64,000 bases of DNA from the human T2T-CHM13v2.0 reference genome, Homo sapiens. Within the stretch, counting starts at the first letter, position 1, and each line of letters begins with the position of its first letter. The stretch lies in the NCBI RefSeq assembly GCF_009914755.1, contig NC_060925.1; one strand, written 5' to 3'. This document shows, piece after piece, positions 10,732 through 25,911 of this stretch. Position numbers and translations under genes: made by a program. Below the pieces are notes generated by a model. It was not told the DNA's origin. It was given only the letters and a program-made list of their open reading frames with translations, and did not search any database.

Positions 10732-13700
10732 AACACCAATCCTAAGGTAAATGGCCTAAATGCCCCAGTTAAATGGCATAGAGTGGCAATCTAGATAAAA
10801 AGACAAGACTCAATTGTCTGCTGCCTTCAAGATACCTATCTGACATGTAACAATATACATAGGCTCAAAAAAAAGGGATGGAGAGAGATCTACCATGGAA
10901 ACCGAAAACAAAAATGAGCAGGAGTTCTTATTCTATTATCAGGTAAAACAGACTTTCGATCAACAACAATCAAGAAGGGCAGGGAAGAATATTACATACT
11001 AATAAAGGGTTTAATTCACAAGATGTCTTAACTGTCCTAAATATATACACACCCAACATTCATCGCTCAGATTCATGAAAGTTATTCTTTACCTACAGAA
11101 AGACTTAGACAGCTACACAGTCATAGTAGGGGACTTCAGCACCCAACTGACAGCATTAAACAGATCACTGAGTCAGAAAAATAACAAAGAAATTCTCAAC
11201 TTAAATTTAACATTCAATCAATTGAATCTAAGCCCTCTAGCAAATACTCCACACAACCACAGACTATACATTCTACCCATTTGCACATGGAACATACTCA
11301 TACTGTAAGACAGACCACATGTTTGGTCATAAAGCAAGTCTCATTAAATTCAAAAAAATCAAAATCATATCAAGGATATTTTTGGAAAACTGTGCAATTA
11401 AAGTAGAAATAAATACCAAGAAGATATCTCAAAATTGCAAAAATACATGGAAATCTAAATACTTGCTTCTGAATTTTTTTTTGTTGAGCAACAAAATTAT
11501 AGCAGAAATAAAAAGGTTCTTTGAAATTAATGAATATAGAGATAAAATTTATGAAAATCTTTGGAATGCAGCTAAAGGAGTGTTAAGAGGAAAATTTACA
11601 GTGCTAAACACCTTTAGTAAGAAGTGGAAAAAATCTCAAATTAACAATCTAACATCACACCTAGAGAAACCAGAAAAAAATAACAAACCAACCCTGAAGC
11701 TATCAGAAGAAACAAAATTGAAATTAAAAAGTCCATACAAAAGATCAATGAAACCAAAAGGTGGTTATTTGAAAGGACAAACAAGATTCACAGACTGCTA
11801 GCTAAATTAACAAAGAAAAAAATAATAAATCCAAATAAGCACAATCAGAAATGACAAAAAAGACATTATAACTGATCCCACAGAAATACAAAAGATCCTC
11901 AGAGGCTATTATAAACACCTCTATGCAAACAAACTAGAAAATCTGGAGGAAATGGATAAACTGCTGGAAACACACAAACTCCCAATATTGAATCAGGAAC
12001 AAATTAAAACAAAGACCAATATCAAGTTTCAAAACTGGGAGAATAATAAAAATCCTACTAACCAAGAAAAGCCTGGGAATTAACAGCCAAATTCTACCAA
12101 ATATACAAAGAATTGGTACCAATCTTACTGAAACTATTCCAAAAAATCTAGGAGGAGGGACTTCTCCCTACCTGAATCTATGAAGTCAGCACTGGTCTAA
12201 TATCGAAACCAGGCAGAAACACAAAGATAAAAGAAAACTTCAGGCCTATATCAATGAACATACATGAAAAAGCCTAAAAAAATACTAGCAGACTCAATCC
12301 ACCAGCACAACAAAAATTTAATTCAGATTGATCAAGTAGGTTTTATACCTGAGATGCCAGGTTGATTCAACATATACAAATCAATAACTGTGATTCACCA
12401 CAAAAGAGTTAAAAATAAAAACTATATGATCATCTCAACAGATTTAGAGAAAGCTTTTGATAAAAATATAACATCTCTTCATGATAAAAACCCTCAAAAA
12501 CCAGACATCTAAGGAACATACCTCCAAATAATAGCTCTTCATGATAAACACACATCTAATATCGTACTGAATGAGCAAAAGCTGGAACTCTTCCATGTAA
12601 GGACTGAGACAAGAAAAGGATACCCACTCTCACTACTCCTATTCAGCATACTACTGGTAGTGCTAGTCAGAGCAGTCAGGCAAGATAAAAAAATAAAAGC
12701 CTTCTAAACATGAAAAAAGAAGTTAAATTCTCTCTCTTCGCTGATGACATGATTCTATATCTAGAAAGCCCTAAAGACTCTCCCAAGGGGTTTCTAAAAT
12801 GGATAAATGACTTCAGTGAAATTTCAGGGTACAATGTCAAGGTATAAATATCAGTAGCATTTTCTATACGCTAATAACATTCTAGCTGAGAGTCAAATCA
12901 GAAACACAATCTCATTTACAATATCTGCAAAAAAATGAAATACTTAGGAATAATTCAAACCAAAGAATTAAAAAAAAAAAAACTCTGCAGGGAGAGCTAC
13001 AAAACACTGCTAAAAGAAATCAAAGTCAACACAAGTATATGGAAAACCACTGCATGTTTATGGATTAGAAGAATCAATATCGTTAAATGGCCATACTGCC
13101 CAAAGCAATGTATAGATTCAATGGTATGTCTATTAAACTACCAACGTTATTTTTCTAGGGAATTGGAAAACTATTCTAAAGTTCATTTGGAACCAAAAAA
13201 GTGCTCAAATAGCCAAAGAAATTCTAAGCAAAAAGAACACACCTGGAGGCATCACACTATCCTGTAAGGCTACGGTAATCAAAACAAGATGGTGCTGGTA
13301 CAAAAACAGACGCATAGACCAATGGAACAGAACACAGAATGCAGAAATAAGGCTGCCCACCTACAACAATTTGATCTTCAACAAGGTTGACAAAAACAAA
13401 CAATAGAGAAAGTAATCCCTATTCAATAAATGGTGCTGGGATAACTGGCTAGTTGCATACAGAAGAATGAAACTGGACCACTACCTTCACCATACACAAA
13501 AAATAACTCAAGATGGATAAAGATTTAAAGGTAAGTCCTCAAACTATAAAAAAATTTAGATGAAAAACCACTTCTGGACATTGCACTTGGCAAATAATTT
13601 ATGACTGAGTTCTCAAAAGCAATTGCAATAAAACCAAAAATTGACAAATGGGACCCAATTAAACTAAAGATCTCCTGCACAGCAAAAGAAAGTATCAACA

Positions 13701-14988
13701 GAGTAAACAGACAACCTACAGAATGGGAGAAAATATTTTGCAACTATGCATCCAATAAGGTTCTAATAGCTAAAATCTATAAAGAATTACACAAATCAAC
13801 AAGCATAAAAGAAGTAACTTTATAAAAAATGTGCAAAGGATATGAACAGATACTTCTCAAAAGAAGGCATACAAGTGGCCCAGAAACATGCATAAATGCT
13901 CATCATCACTAATCATCAGAAAATAGAAGTTGAAACTACAATGAGATATCTCACATCAGTTCAGAAAGGCTATTATTAAAAAGTCAAAAAACAACAAATG
14001 CTGGCAGGTCTCTGGAGAAAAGGGAATGCTTATACACTGTTGATGTGAATATAAATTGGTTCAGCCTCTGTGGAAAGCAGTTTGGAGATTTCTCAAAGAA
14101 CTTAAAACAGAACTATCCATTCAACCCAGCATTCCCATTACTGGGTATATACTCAAATTAAAATAAATCATTGTACAAAAATACATGTACGCTTATGTTT
14201 ATCACTGCACTATTCACAATAGCAAAGACATGAAATCAACCTAGGTGCCCATCAATGGTGGATTACATAAATAAAATATACATATACCATAAAATACCAT
14301 GCAACTATAGAAAGAAATCATGTCCCATAGGCAGCTGCATGGATGCATCAGATGGCCATTATCCTAAGCAAATTAACATGAAAACAGAAAACCAAATACT
14401 GCATGTTCTCACTTTTAAGTGGGAGCTAAATATTGAGGGCACATGGACACAAAAAAGAGAACAGACAATGGGGTCTACCAGATGAGGGAGATAGGTAGGG
14501 AAGCATTGGCTGAAAAACTACCTATTGGGCACTATGCTCACTACCTGGGTGATGGGATCATCCGTATCTTAAACCTCAGCCTCATGCAATATAGCTACCT
14601 AACAAACCTGTATATGTACACCCAGATCTAAAAAAAAAGTTGAAATTATTTAAAAAATATTTTGAGCTGAGAGGTAGGTAAATAAAAGGTAGATAGGTAG
14701 GGAAGATAAATATTTGCATAACAAATACTATTTTATAGGAAGTATTAGAAAAGTGGGATTCCCATATATTAATAACTCACTTAAATATATTTTAATAATT
14801 TCCCCAAAATACAAAAGCCCAATTTGTTTTTCAGCTTATTTTTTACCTAGTTGATACTGTGTTTTTCAAAACCAATCATACTGATGTTTACTTAAAGCAA
14901 TTCTACTAATTAGTTATCTTGGCATAAGATTTAGAGTAGTCAGAAAAGACTTTTCAGGTTCTTGTAGCAGATAAAAATATTACATCTG

Positions 14989-15297
<309 letters not shown>

Positions 15298-15769
15298 TTA
15301 CATCTGATGGGATTTGATAGTTTGCATAGACATGCATATTCTTTTCTGTATAGGAAGTAGAACTGGTCTTTCTCTGACTGAGTCAAATACATAAAAATTT
15401 TCAATAAATTTCAAGCATATTGTAGGTATATTTTGTAGTCAATGCCTCTGTGTATGAGTAAATGCTTTCTCAGTCAAATAGAATACCGAACAACTCACAT
15501 ATTAATTGAATATGAAGAAGTATACAAAATAAGTTTTATTGAAAATCTATTATTGTTTATACTCTAATAGAAAATCAGCAACCTATTTATCTCCTCAAAC
15601 TCTTCCTCTTACTAGTTTCATATCACAGCACATTACATCCTGCAGAATTTCTGATATTTAAATTAATATTTTATATTATATCTTTCCTTCTCTAAAAGAC
15701 ATCTCTTCAAAAAGTAAATTTGAGAAATGCATGGGTATATCTAAGAAAACCCACATTCTAAGTCTGCAG

Positions 15770-15933
15770 TATTCAACTATGGCTGTGTAAGTTCAAATGA
15801 AATTAAACAAATTATAAACTCAGGTTTCATTCAAACCATTCAGATTCTGAGTATTCTGTAACCACATGTGGCAAGTAGCTACTGTTTATTATAGAGATTC
15901 CTATCATCTGTGAAAAGTTTATTACACAGCACC
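15770..15933 (-). mobile_element. MER3/MER33-type hAT-Charlie DNA transposon remnant
   Basis: ccacatgtggcaagtagctactg...ttcctatcatctgtgaaaagttttattacacagc resembles MER3/MER33 termini. Confidence 0.55.
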
Positions 15934-17150
15934 ACTCTAAGACACCATTTTATACACTGGATTTCATAATTCTATAAAAAAGTGTTCCCACAAAAAAAGA
16001 TTATACCATTTTCCAATAAGCTTCTAAAAAAGGTGGGATAAATATTATAAAATAGGTTTATTTATCTCACAATTTGAAAAAAGAATTAGCAAGGCATTTT
16101 GAATTTCCTTCAAATTATCCAAATGCGTTTGTCTGAGTGAAATATTACCCTTGTTTTCATCCATATACACATATTTATTTGCATAGATTTATTCCATTAA
16201 AATGGTTGCTTTTAGGAGGAAGGAAAAAAATAAAAGAAAAAAGAAATAAAAAAAGAAAAAAAAACGAAATAGCCAGAAGGAATGAAGGCATAAAGTTAAA
16301 CAAGAGTAAAGACTGAAATAAACCAATAGCAGTGTACCAAACAATGAGGTTCACTAGTTCAATCTCCACATCTAAAATTAAAATACAACATAAAAAACAA
16401 AAGCATTTCCCCAGATATATAAGAATATTTTATAAAGACAACACTTCTTATGCTACCCAATGTATCAACATCCTTATATAGTTACCAGTATTTACTGCCA
16501 ACAGTTATTTGTTACCCAGGTGAATGCATTTGCTTATTTTACTTGAACAATACTTTTACAAATACTGGCCTTTATGTAAATTACAAAGACTCAAAGAAAA
16601 AAAGAGTAAATGAAAATATACCATCTCAACCTCCTCCAAATTTAATTTATGAAGCATTCAACTTATTACACCCAAATATCAAATATTTTCAAAATATAAA
16701 AATATGCCTGATTTTTGTTACATTATTTACTTGCTGCTTAAAATTTAATACATGTATAAAATATAAGCAGTAATATATTTAATAACAAATTGAGCATGTA
16801 TATACTGAAGTATATCACAAAAGTAGACTGAATTTTCTAATCTCTGATCATTTGGAGACTCTTAGCCTTTGAAAAATGAAATATATATTGGATTTACTAT
16901 AATCATGCAGGATGCAAATATGTAGCATTAAAGTGTCAATTACCAAACCTGCTGTGAATATGATTAAACATTAGAAGTAGAAAGTTTGAACATAAAACAG
17001 TTTTCACATCAGTGGTTTTCAATTTGCATGGAGAAAAAGATGGGCCTTGCTACTTCGTTCTAGAAAACTTGTATTGCAATTATTTAGTACATTTTTTCTG
17101 TAAAGTGCTAGTTATTTATTCAACACAAAATCTTTCCACATTAGAAACAA

Positions 17151-19831
17151 GATTTCCACTTTCTGGATGTGAATGTAAGCATCCTGGATATTGACACTCC
17201 ATCCTAACACTTAAAAAGCTAAACAAACTGAAAAATCAACAACTCTTCTTAAGTATATAAGAGAATTGAGGTCACAGGGCAAATTATTGCCCCAACACTG
17301 AAGAAACAGGTAGATACAGAGAATCACAACCTACCAGAGGAGAAACTCAAGAGCAGAAACCACTGCCGGAATCAGTGCTGGCACAGGAAAACCTGCGCTG
17401 TAATTGATGAATTGCCGGAAGCTAAGTTGTGAACAAGCCTGAGAGTTATTCCGGGGAACCCAGCCAACGCAGTTCCCACAGTTTCATGAATTTTACCTCC
17501 AGGAGTTTGACCAGGGCCTCACAGTAAATTCCCGGGAAAAAAAATCTCTTCATGCTTTTGTCAGGGAGAAAGAAAAACGAACCATTTTGAAATACACCAG
17601 AGCATTTTCTTCTTAGCAAGACCTGCTCTCAGGAGTAACTATTTAAGGGAGCCCAACCTGCTGAAGTTTTATCAGAGCCTAAGTGACCTGGGGGAAAAAA
17701 AAAATATCTCCAGCCCCTCTAGCTTTCCATGTGGAAGAAGGAAAATACTTAACTCTAGCTCATTCTATCATCCTGTCCCACCTAAGGGGGCAGATGAAAA
17801 CTGAGAAGCACATGTGAAGTTCATAGTCCACAGGCATAGTTCCACTAAAAGACTGAGACCAAATCACAGGACTAAAGAATGCTTTTCATCTAGATCACCT
17901 TACAACCACATTACTGAAGACCTATTAAATATAGCAGTTCCTTTTATTCAGTACATCACGTACAGCTATCAAGAAAAATGACAAGGCACACCAAAAGGCA
18001 AAAAACAAACAAACAAAAACACAGCTTGAAGACAAAGAGTAAGCATCAGAACTAGGCATGGCAGGGATGTCAGAATTATAAGACTGGTAATTTAAAGCAA
18101 CTATGATTAATATGCTAAAGGATAATGAGAATAAGTACATACCATGCAAGAAAAGATGAGCAATTCGTGCAAAGAAATGAAAATCTTAACAAAGAACCAA
18201 ATACAAATAAATTAATAAAAAAGAAGGAACCAAGAAATAAAAATGTTCGAGATGACAAGCATGGTACCCAAAATGAAGAATGCCTTTAGTAGACTAGACA
18301 CAACTGAGAAAAGAATCTCTCCATTTGAGGATAATGGAATAGAAACTTCCAAAATAAAAAGAAAAAAGTACAAAGATTAAAAAAGAGAGAATAAAATGTC
18401 CAAGAACTGAGTGACAAATACTAAATAAATAATAGAGGTGTAAGATATATCTAATGGGGATATGAGAAGAAAAGAAACACATGAAGTGTTTAATACAATG
18501 ATGACAGAATTTTTCCAGATTCATGTCAAACCATCAAACCACAGAATCAGGAAGTTTAGAGAACAGCAGAGAACCAGGTTAAATGCCAAAAAATTTACAA
18601 CTAGTTATATTATTTTCAAACTACAGAAAAGCAAATATAAGAATTACATTCAACTCCTCAGAAACTATGCAGAGGAGGAGTGGAGTAAAATATTTAAAGT
18701 TTTGAGAAAAAAAAAAACTAAACTTAGAATTTAGTACCCCACAAAATTATCTTTTAAAAGTGAAGGAGAAATAAAAGCTTTTTTTATACAAATAAAAATT
18801 GAAAAAGTGTGCTGTCAGTAGACCTACCTTGCAAGAAATGTAAAAAGAAATTCTCAAGTGAGAAGTAAAATAATATAGGTTGGAAACTTGGCTATACATA
18901 AGGAAAGGAAAAGGGTCAAAGAAGGAATAAATGAGCCAAACTGAAACTTTTATTCTTCTTATTTTCAACTGACTTAACAGATAACATTTTGTTCAAAGTA
19001 ATAACCACAATGTATTCAATTACGTATGCTTACGTATATATCAAATATATATATATATAATATGTATGCTTACATATATGTGGAAAGAATGACAGCAATG
19101 ATACAAAGGGCATAAGGGATAAATTATTGTTATCTTTTCATTATAAGGTAATTACACTATCTATGAAACAGTATATTCTTAAGTGAAAGTGAAATTGTGC
19201 TAGTTGTAAATTAGTTTCTCAAATTCTAGAGCAACCACTAAAGAGTTAAAAAACTATATAAATGATATGCTAGGGGAGAGAAAATAGAATCATATGACAC
19301 ATGGAATAAAAGCAAACAGATAAAGATAAGCTGTTACTAAGAAGAAATGAAAAAACATGGAGGAAATTTAAATGCTTACTACTAAGTGAAAGGAAGCAAT
19401 TAAAAAATGCTTACATACTATATAGTTCTAATTCTATGGCATTGTGGAAAAGGCAAAACTGTACGGACAATAAAAACAGAAATTGTGTTTGCCAGTAGTT
19501 AGGTGGGAGGGAAGAATGAATAAGCAGAAGACAGGAGTTTTAGGGCATGAAACTATTCCGTATGATACTGTAATAATGGATACAGGTCATTTTACATTTA
19601 TCTAAACCCATGCAATACACAACACCAAGATTGAACCCTAATGTGTGCTATAGGCATTGAATAACAATGACGTGTCAATGTTGGCTCATGAGTTATAACA
19701 AATGTAACACTCTGGTGGGGGGTGTTGATAATGGGAGAAGCTATGCATGTCTGGAGGTACAGGCGCTCTGTACCTTCCTCTCAATTTTACTGTGAATCAA
19801 AAACCACTCTAAAAAATAAAATCTTTTTTAA
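17151..19831 (+). mobile_element. L1MC1-like element: 5'UTR, ORF1 and spacer joined directly to the 3'UTR (ORF2 absent)
   Basis: L1M-type 5' end cacttctgg, ORF1 remnants at ~17980-18850, and an L1MC1-type 3'UTR from ~19340 (acatggaggaaatttaaatgc...gaaccctaatgt...ctctgtaccttcctctcaattttactgtgaa). TSD attagaaacaa at 17140-17150 and 19834-19844. Confidence 0.8.
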
Positions 19832-20682
19832 AGATTAGAAACAAAACATTCACCAATTCTTTGGCATCATTTGAGACACTTAACCTTTTTGGGTAGCATT
19901 ATCATAAAATAAGGTTGTTAAAATAAACTACCCCAAAGGATGCTCGGCTTTTATGTTCTCCACTTATCTCTTAACTGTAGTGGTACCTTAAAAACTCTTT
20001 TGTTAAGATAAAAATAATTTATCAGTATTGATTTACTTACATATGAAATTCACTTTGGATAAATGAATATTTACAAATTGGATAATTATTGTGAAAAGAT
20101 GTAAAAAATCTGCAGAGGACTTTGTGGAATTCAGAAAAGAAAAACTTTAATAAAGCAATTAATTGTGATGATAACAGTATCACTCCGGAAAAGTATAATC
20201 ATTTTATTTTTATTCTATTTCTTATGTAAAAAAATTTTATCTTGAAATTATTATAGCTTTTCTAACTTTTTTTGGTTGTACTTGATGTTAACTTATATTT
20301 CTTTGTTAAACTTTGTTGTTATTTTAGTACCTGATTTTCCAAGTGATTTACTTACTATAATCCTGGGAACCTATATAAAATCAGTAATTAATTATACTGA
20401 GTCTCGTCTGAATCAGAAAACCACTATAACTTAGACATATATGTAATTTATTTTTTGACAATATGGTTATAAGATGGCAATTATCTGCAGATTGGTAGAA
20501 ATGTATCTCATCAATAAGTGAGTATGGTAAGGTTTATGCATTGAAACTTTCCCCCAAAATGCTCTAAGTTGTGTTATGAGTACAGACTTAAAGATTTAAG
20601 CACCCACTTCCATTTTTCTATGTACAATTTTAATTACTATCTTAGTTTAAGTTTATTTATTCACTTTAAAATATACAGTTCA

Positions 20683-20798
20683 GGCTGGCAGCAGTGGCTC
20701 ATGCCTCTAGTCCCAGCACTTTGAGAGGCTGAGATGGGAGGATGGCTTGAGGCCAGGAGTTCAAGATCAAGCTGACCAACATTTTAAGACTGTTTCTA

Positions 20799-20842
<44 letters not shown>

Positions 20843-21010
20843 ACAAAAAATTAGCTGCATGCCAGGTGCAGTGGCATACCACTGTAGTCCCAGCAACTCG
20901 GGAGGCTGAGGTAGGAGGATGACTTGAGCCCAGGAGTTCAAGGCTTCAGTGAGCAATGATCAAACCACTGCACTCCAGCATGGATGACAGAGCAAGTCCT
21001 TGTTTCTAAA
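20683..21010 (+). mobile_element. AluJ with a pure A41 run in the middle linker
   Basis: J-type ggaggatggcttgaggccaggagttc and ggaggatgacttgagcccagg. A run at 20800-20840. Confidence 0.9.
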
Positions 21011-23699
21011 TATGTATATGGGTATATAAATTGTTTTAATATACAAAATATATTTTATGAAAGAATGTATGTAGTGATTTATCATTATGAACCACTTACA
21101 CTCTTTGGATGCCACGAACCCATAAACATTGTTTTATTAGTTTATATATACATTTAGAGTTTTTACTTGGTTAATTTATTTAGGAGAACTAGGAGGCAGA
21201 TAATAAAATGCAAAGAAAATTTTCATGACATCTGAAGACGGGATAATACAAATATGGATGAAATTGGTCACTGCATTTAAATATTAACTTTAATGTTGAT
21301 CTATTATCCAAAGTGAAGTTTGATTTACAATTTGAAAATTCCTAACTACTTAGAGGCATTTTTAATAATAAACGATTATTAATATATTAATATAATTTAG
21401 TACACAAAATACACTGAGTGTTTTACTAATGGATAGGAGTCAACACAGACTGTAATAAAACGAGGCAAAAGAGAAGACAAGGGTATTATATGAGTATGTT
21501 TGGAATCTTCATTAGTTTGTCATTCAATCAAATATACCTAATAGTTGCCAAATCTTCAAATGTTTATCAATAAAAAATTAAAATTATCTTCACATATAAC
21601 TTTTTAACAAACTGTATGAATATGAAAAATAAAATACACAGCAAAAATATTAATTTATATCTTTTACCATTAAAACATAATATTTATACAGGTAAATGTT
21701 TCCATTGAATACTAAATATATGAATGGACAAAAAATGATTACTGAAACAACAGCAGTAGAAATGACTGAGTAAAATAAATGAAACTTTTTATAACAAAAA
21801 TGTAATAGCTTATAAAGTTCAAAGGTATGAGGGTTTAATTGTAGCTAAAATATAAGCATTATTATAATGCTTACTTTATGCTTGATCTCTCTGATTCTTA
21901 GGTTTCTCATTTACAAAATGGAGATAGAAAAGCAATTGTTTGGTGGTGGAGAAAACATTTTTAAAAAACCAAAGACAAAAACTAAATAAAAAAAAAGACT
22001 TTGTTTCTATTTTGTTTTGTTGATTTGTTGTGTATACAGCAATCTCCATTAATCATAATGGGCCAGCACATGTTATGAAGCAAGGTTATCACAGATTTGA
22101 AAACTTTTTAAAATAATATTGTCAGTGCAATTTTTAAACTATGATGCTAGAACTGGCTTCTAATGTTCTAACTCAGTTTACAAAGAAATAAAATTAGATC
22201 CCAGTTCAACAAATTATTTTTTATGTGAAGACTATATATAATTTTATTTCTAGGTTGCATGCACTCTTATATAATTTCAAGTATTTGTTTTATACAGTTT
22301 TTTGCTTCTGACTTATTTTATACTTCTTACACTAAATTTATATTAGACATTCTTTTCACTGCTGCTAAGTCATTCAGGAAAGTGTTAATCAGAAAAGCAT
22401 ACTTAAATGTTAAAACAGAGCATTTTGAGTACACTATAGAAACATTATTATAAATATCATGCTGCTATTCTGGACACTATCAAGAATAAAAAACTTCATT
22501 TTTTCTTTGCTGGCACAATGTTTTTAATTTAAATACTTTATTATTCCAAACAATAGTTGAGATTACTTACAAAAACCTACCTATGGGCTATATAAAATAA
22601 GTAACAGGAGAAATAATGGTAAAAGGATCATTAAAAGTGATGCAATACTAGTCTGATTTGTTCATCAAATTTCTCTACGTGTTTTATTTATTCTACAGTT
22701 ATGAATTCAAGTTTTAAAATGTTGCTGAATGTTTATTTTATAAACTGGAAGATTAATGCTTTTTCTCATGAAAGTTTCCAGCAAAAACAGGAAATGGTTT
22801 TCTTTTGCTTTGTTTTTTTGTTAGCCAAATACCTATTTCCATAATTTTCTATGTAAATATTATGATACTACTTAAATTCTATTACCTTTGTCTTATTTTT
22901 CTTCACAATTTTTAAATGTAAGTTGTGTGTGTGTAAATATTTTTTCTACCATTTTTACTTTGTTTCAAAATTGCTATACACTTTCAAAATTCTTTTATAA
23001 ATTGAGCCTTAATGTTATCTTTCCCCTGCTGCTCATTTTAATTCTTCTCGACTGTTAAAACATAATTCAACCAACGTAACAGTAGTTAAAAACACTTAAG
23101 CAAAGAAATGTTAATTAATTTTAATTGACTACTATTTTATTTTTATGTTCAAACTAGAGGTAATGTATATACTTCTTTTATATTTTCTAAACATATTTTT
23201 CATTTCTATAAATCTGAATCACACTAATTTCCAGGACCATCTTTATTCCAAAATGTGATAGATTTCTGGCTAATGAGGTATTGTATTTTTTGCTAATATA
23301 AGCTAATAAATAGTAAGTTTACTAAATTATGCACCATTTATGGGGCTTCGTTAATTGTAAAATAAATAAAATAAATAAATTAATTAATTAAATGTTTCCT
23401 TAGTTAGCAGAGTACCTGGAGTTATTCTGGATTAATTACCATAGATTTGGAAGATCACAAAGGAAGGTCTATGAGGATTCTTTTTCATTCTTATGTAAAA
23501 TACTATGCTGAGTATGAATGGAGAAATGTGAGACAAAGTGCAACTTATAGAAAAGATGTGTGATTGCATTTTTTCTTTTTAATTTTTATCGAACCACTCA
23601 AGATAATAAATTATATATAGTTGATTTTTACTGTATTGTCATGCTTATGCATCACATTAAATCCATGTATAGACCTTATTTGTTTCTTACATTAGCCAC

Positions 23700-24137
23700 C
23701 AATGTGGTGATCAGGATTGTGCAGACTTCATCTAACTTCAAGATGATGAAACTGACATTTTCTCATTTCAGGCCAAAATCATCTTTTCACTTTTCTCCCT
23801 GGGGTTTCTCTTTTGATATCATCTTCTATCTGGAGGTATAGGGCAATAAAAGCCTCATAAGCCAATAGGAACTTGTGGATAAATATCTCTTTTTCTTCCA
23901 GATGGACAAAACTGAAATCAGTTTTATAGGTATACTAAGATGGTCTCAAATGATTAAAGAATCTGCTGCACATATTAGTGACTAACTCCACAATATCCCG
24001 GAATTGGCTCTCCATCTTTTTCTGTTTCATTCACACTGTCCCACATTCTAATCCTTGGGATTAAACTTCTCATTAGGTATTGTGTACACAAATCTTCATC
24101 TCAATCTATGATATCTGGCAGAATTTATGCTGATAAC
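23700..24137 (+). mobile_element. LTR16-like (ERVL) LTR remnant
   Basis: attggctctccatctttttctgtttcattc...ccttgggatt...aatcttcatctcaatc resembles the LTR16 3' half. Confidence 0.45.
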
Positions 24138-25371
24138 TATACTTTCTAAAATTCAAATATGCCATAATGTTTACAGGATGGTTTAATTAGTTGTAACATA
24201 TTTACTGAAGTAGGCTTAAAATTAAATTTTCCCAATTAAGTATAAAAAATTAATTACACTCTTAGAAAATTCAAGTCCATTATTCACTTTTTTGTTAGAT
24301 AAATACATTTATCAAATTTATATAAATTAGAATATATGTATTTTATCTGCTTTAAGTATCTATTATAACCTGTTGATTATTTTAATAACAATTTTCAAAA
24401 AGCAGGACCAATGTAAAAGAAATTAAGAGGATATTTGCACCAACAAAAACTCATGCAAAATAGCAACTCTATGTAAAAAAAAATTGTTTATTTAAATTCA
24501 TGGAAATAATAGCTTCTAAAGTTTTCACAGGACTGAGGCATCTCCTTTTAGGTTTCAGCTGATATGATGTCATACATGAAGCCTATCCATACAAGTTCAG
24601 GCATACTTATATTATCCAATAATAGCTCTTCAATTTGCCTTGTTTATACCTGCAATATGGCAATTGTCAATTTCTTGCTTGGCTATTGGCTCCTTTTCAT
24701 TATTAAATGTGTGACACTTATCAAATCATTTGAAAAGTTTTATAAATAGTAGATAATTGCATATTTGAGAACATAGAGATACTTCATGTAATATTTTAAT
24801 TGCTTTCCCTCACGTAATTTTCATTTTTATTCTAAGTCAGTTCCAGCAGCAGTTAAGCCTGTTTCATGATCTTCTACCTTGATCTCAGTGTTCCCATCTG
24901 TCCTGCCTAACTTTATTTTCCCCATTATTAATGAATAGTAGAAAGGGTAAACTTTTTCAAAATTGAATTCCTCCAGGCTGGCCTCCCAGAGTAACACTGG
25001 AATCTTTAAAAGATCTATGATAAGAGTCTCAGACTAATGTCAATACTCGATGCAAGCTGAGATGGCAAATTGAGATAGTGAGCCTCTGGGATGCTCAAAC
25101 TGTAAGCTTTTAAGAAAATTTGTTTTTGTTTTTGCTTTTTGCGAGACAGGGAGAGGCTGATGTTTCTCCAGACGTACAACTTAAAAAACCCACAATTCAA
25201 GGACAGCAATCCCTTTCCAGAAATCTGGTATGTGCCACTACCACGTTTGTAATCTTGCTGAGAAGTTACCAAGCAAGTAGAGAACTGCCTACCTGCCACT
25301 GTTCTTTGAGTTTCTCTCAATAAACTTGGTTTCAGAAGCCTGTATAAAGAGGCTGTCCTTTCTCCACTGCG

Positions 25372-25541
25372 CATTTTTAGCACCCTTGGCAAAAAGCAGC
25401 TGGCCATCTATGTAAGGGTTTATTTCAGGCCTCTCTATTCTGTCTCATTGGTCTATGTGTCTATTTTTACATCAGTACTGTGCTTTTTTGATACCTATAC
25501 CTTTGTAATATAGTTTGAAGTCAGTTAATGTGATGCTTCCA

Positions 25542-25574
<33 letters not shown>

Positions 25575-25910
25575 CTCAAAATGGCTTTGGCTATACTGGG
25601 TCTTTTGTGGTTCCCTATAAATTTTAGAATTGATTTTTCTATTTCTGTAAAAAAAGTTCCATTGAGATTTGGATTGCATTGATATCTGTAGCTTGCTTTT
25701 GGGTAGTATAGACATTTTAACAATATTAATTCTTCCAATCCATGAACATCAGCTCAGTTTTCTTTCCATTTATTGTCTCTTTTAATTTTTTTCATCAGTG
25801 ATTTATAGTCTCAGTGTACAAGTGTTTTACCTCACTGCCTAAAGTATTCCTAAGTATTTTTCATTATTTTTAATGCCATTATAAATGGGATTTTTTCTTT
25901 ATTTCCTCTT
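25372..25910 (-). mobile_element. L1M ORF2 fragment (inverted part)
   Basis: Antisense L1 ORF2; the ORF track gives [26 protein letters not shown]...[14 protein letters not shown]. Internal T30 at 25545-25574. Confidence 0.9.
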
Positions 25911-25911
25911 A

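Noticed and set aside
11075-13825. Several L1 ORF2-like ORFs
   Set aside because: They are broken fragments of a dead L1, with no intact ORF1 or ORF2.
25015-25407. 130-aa minus-strand ORF
   Set aside because: It starts inside an L1 fragment, has no recognisable homology and has no splice support.
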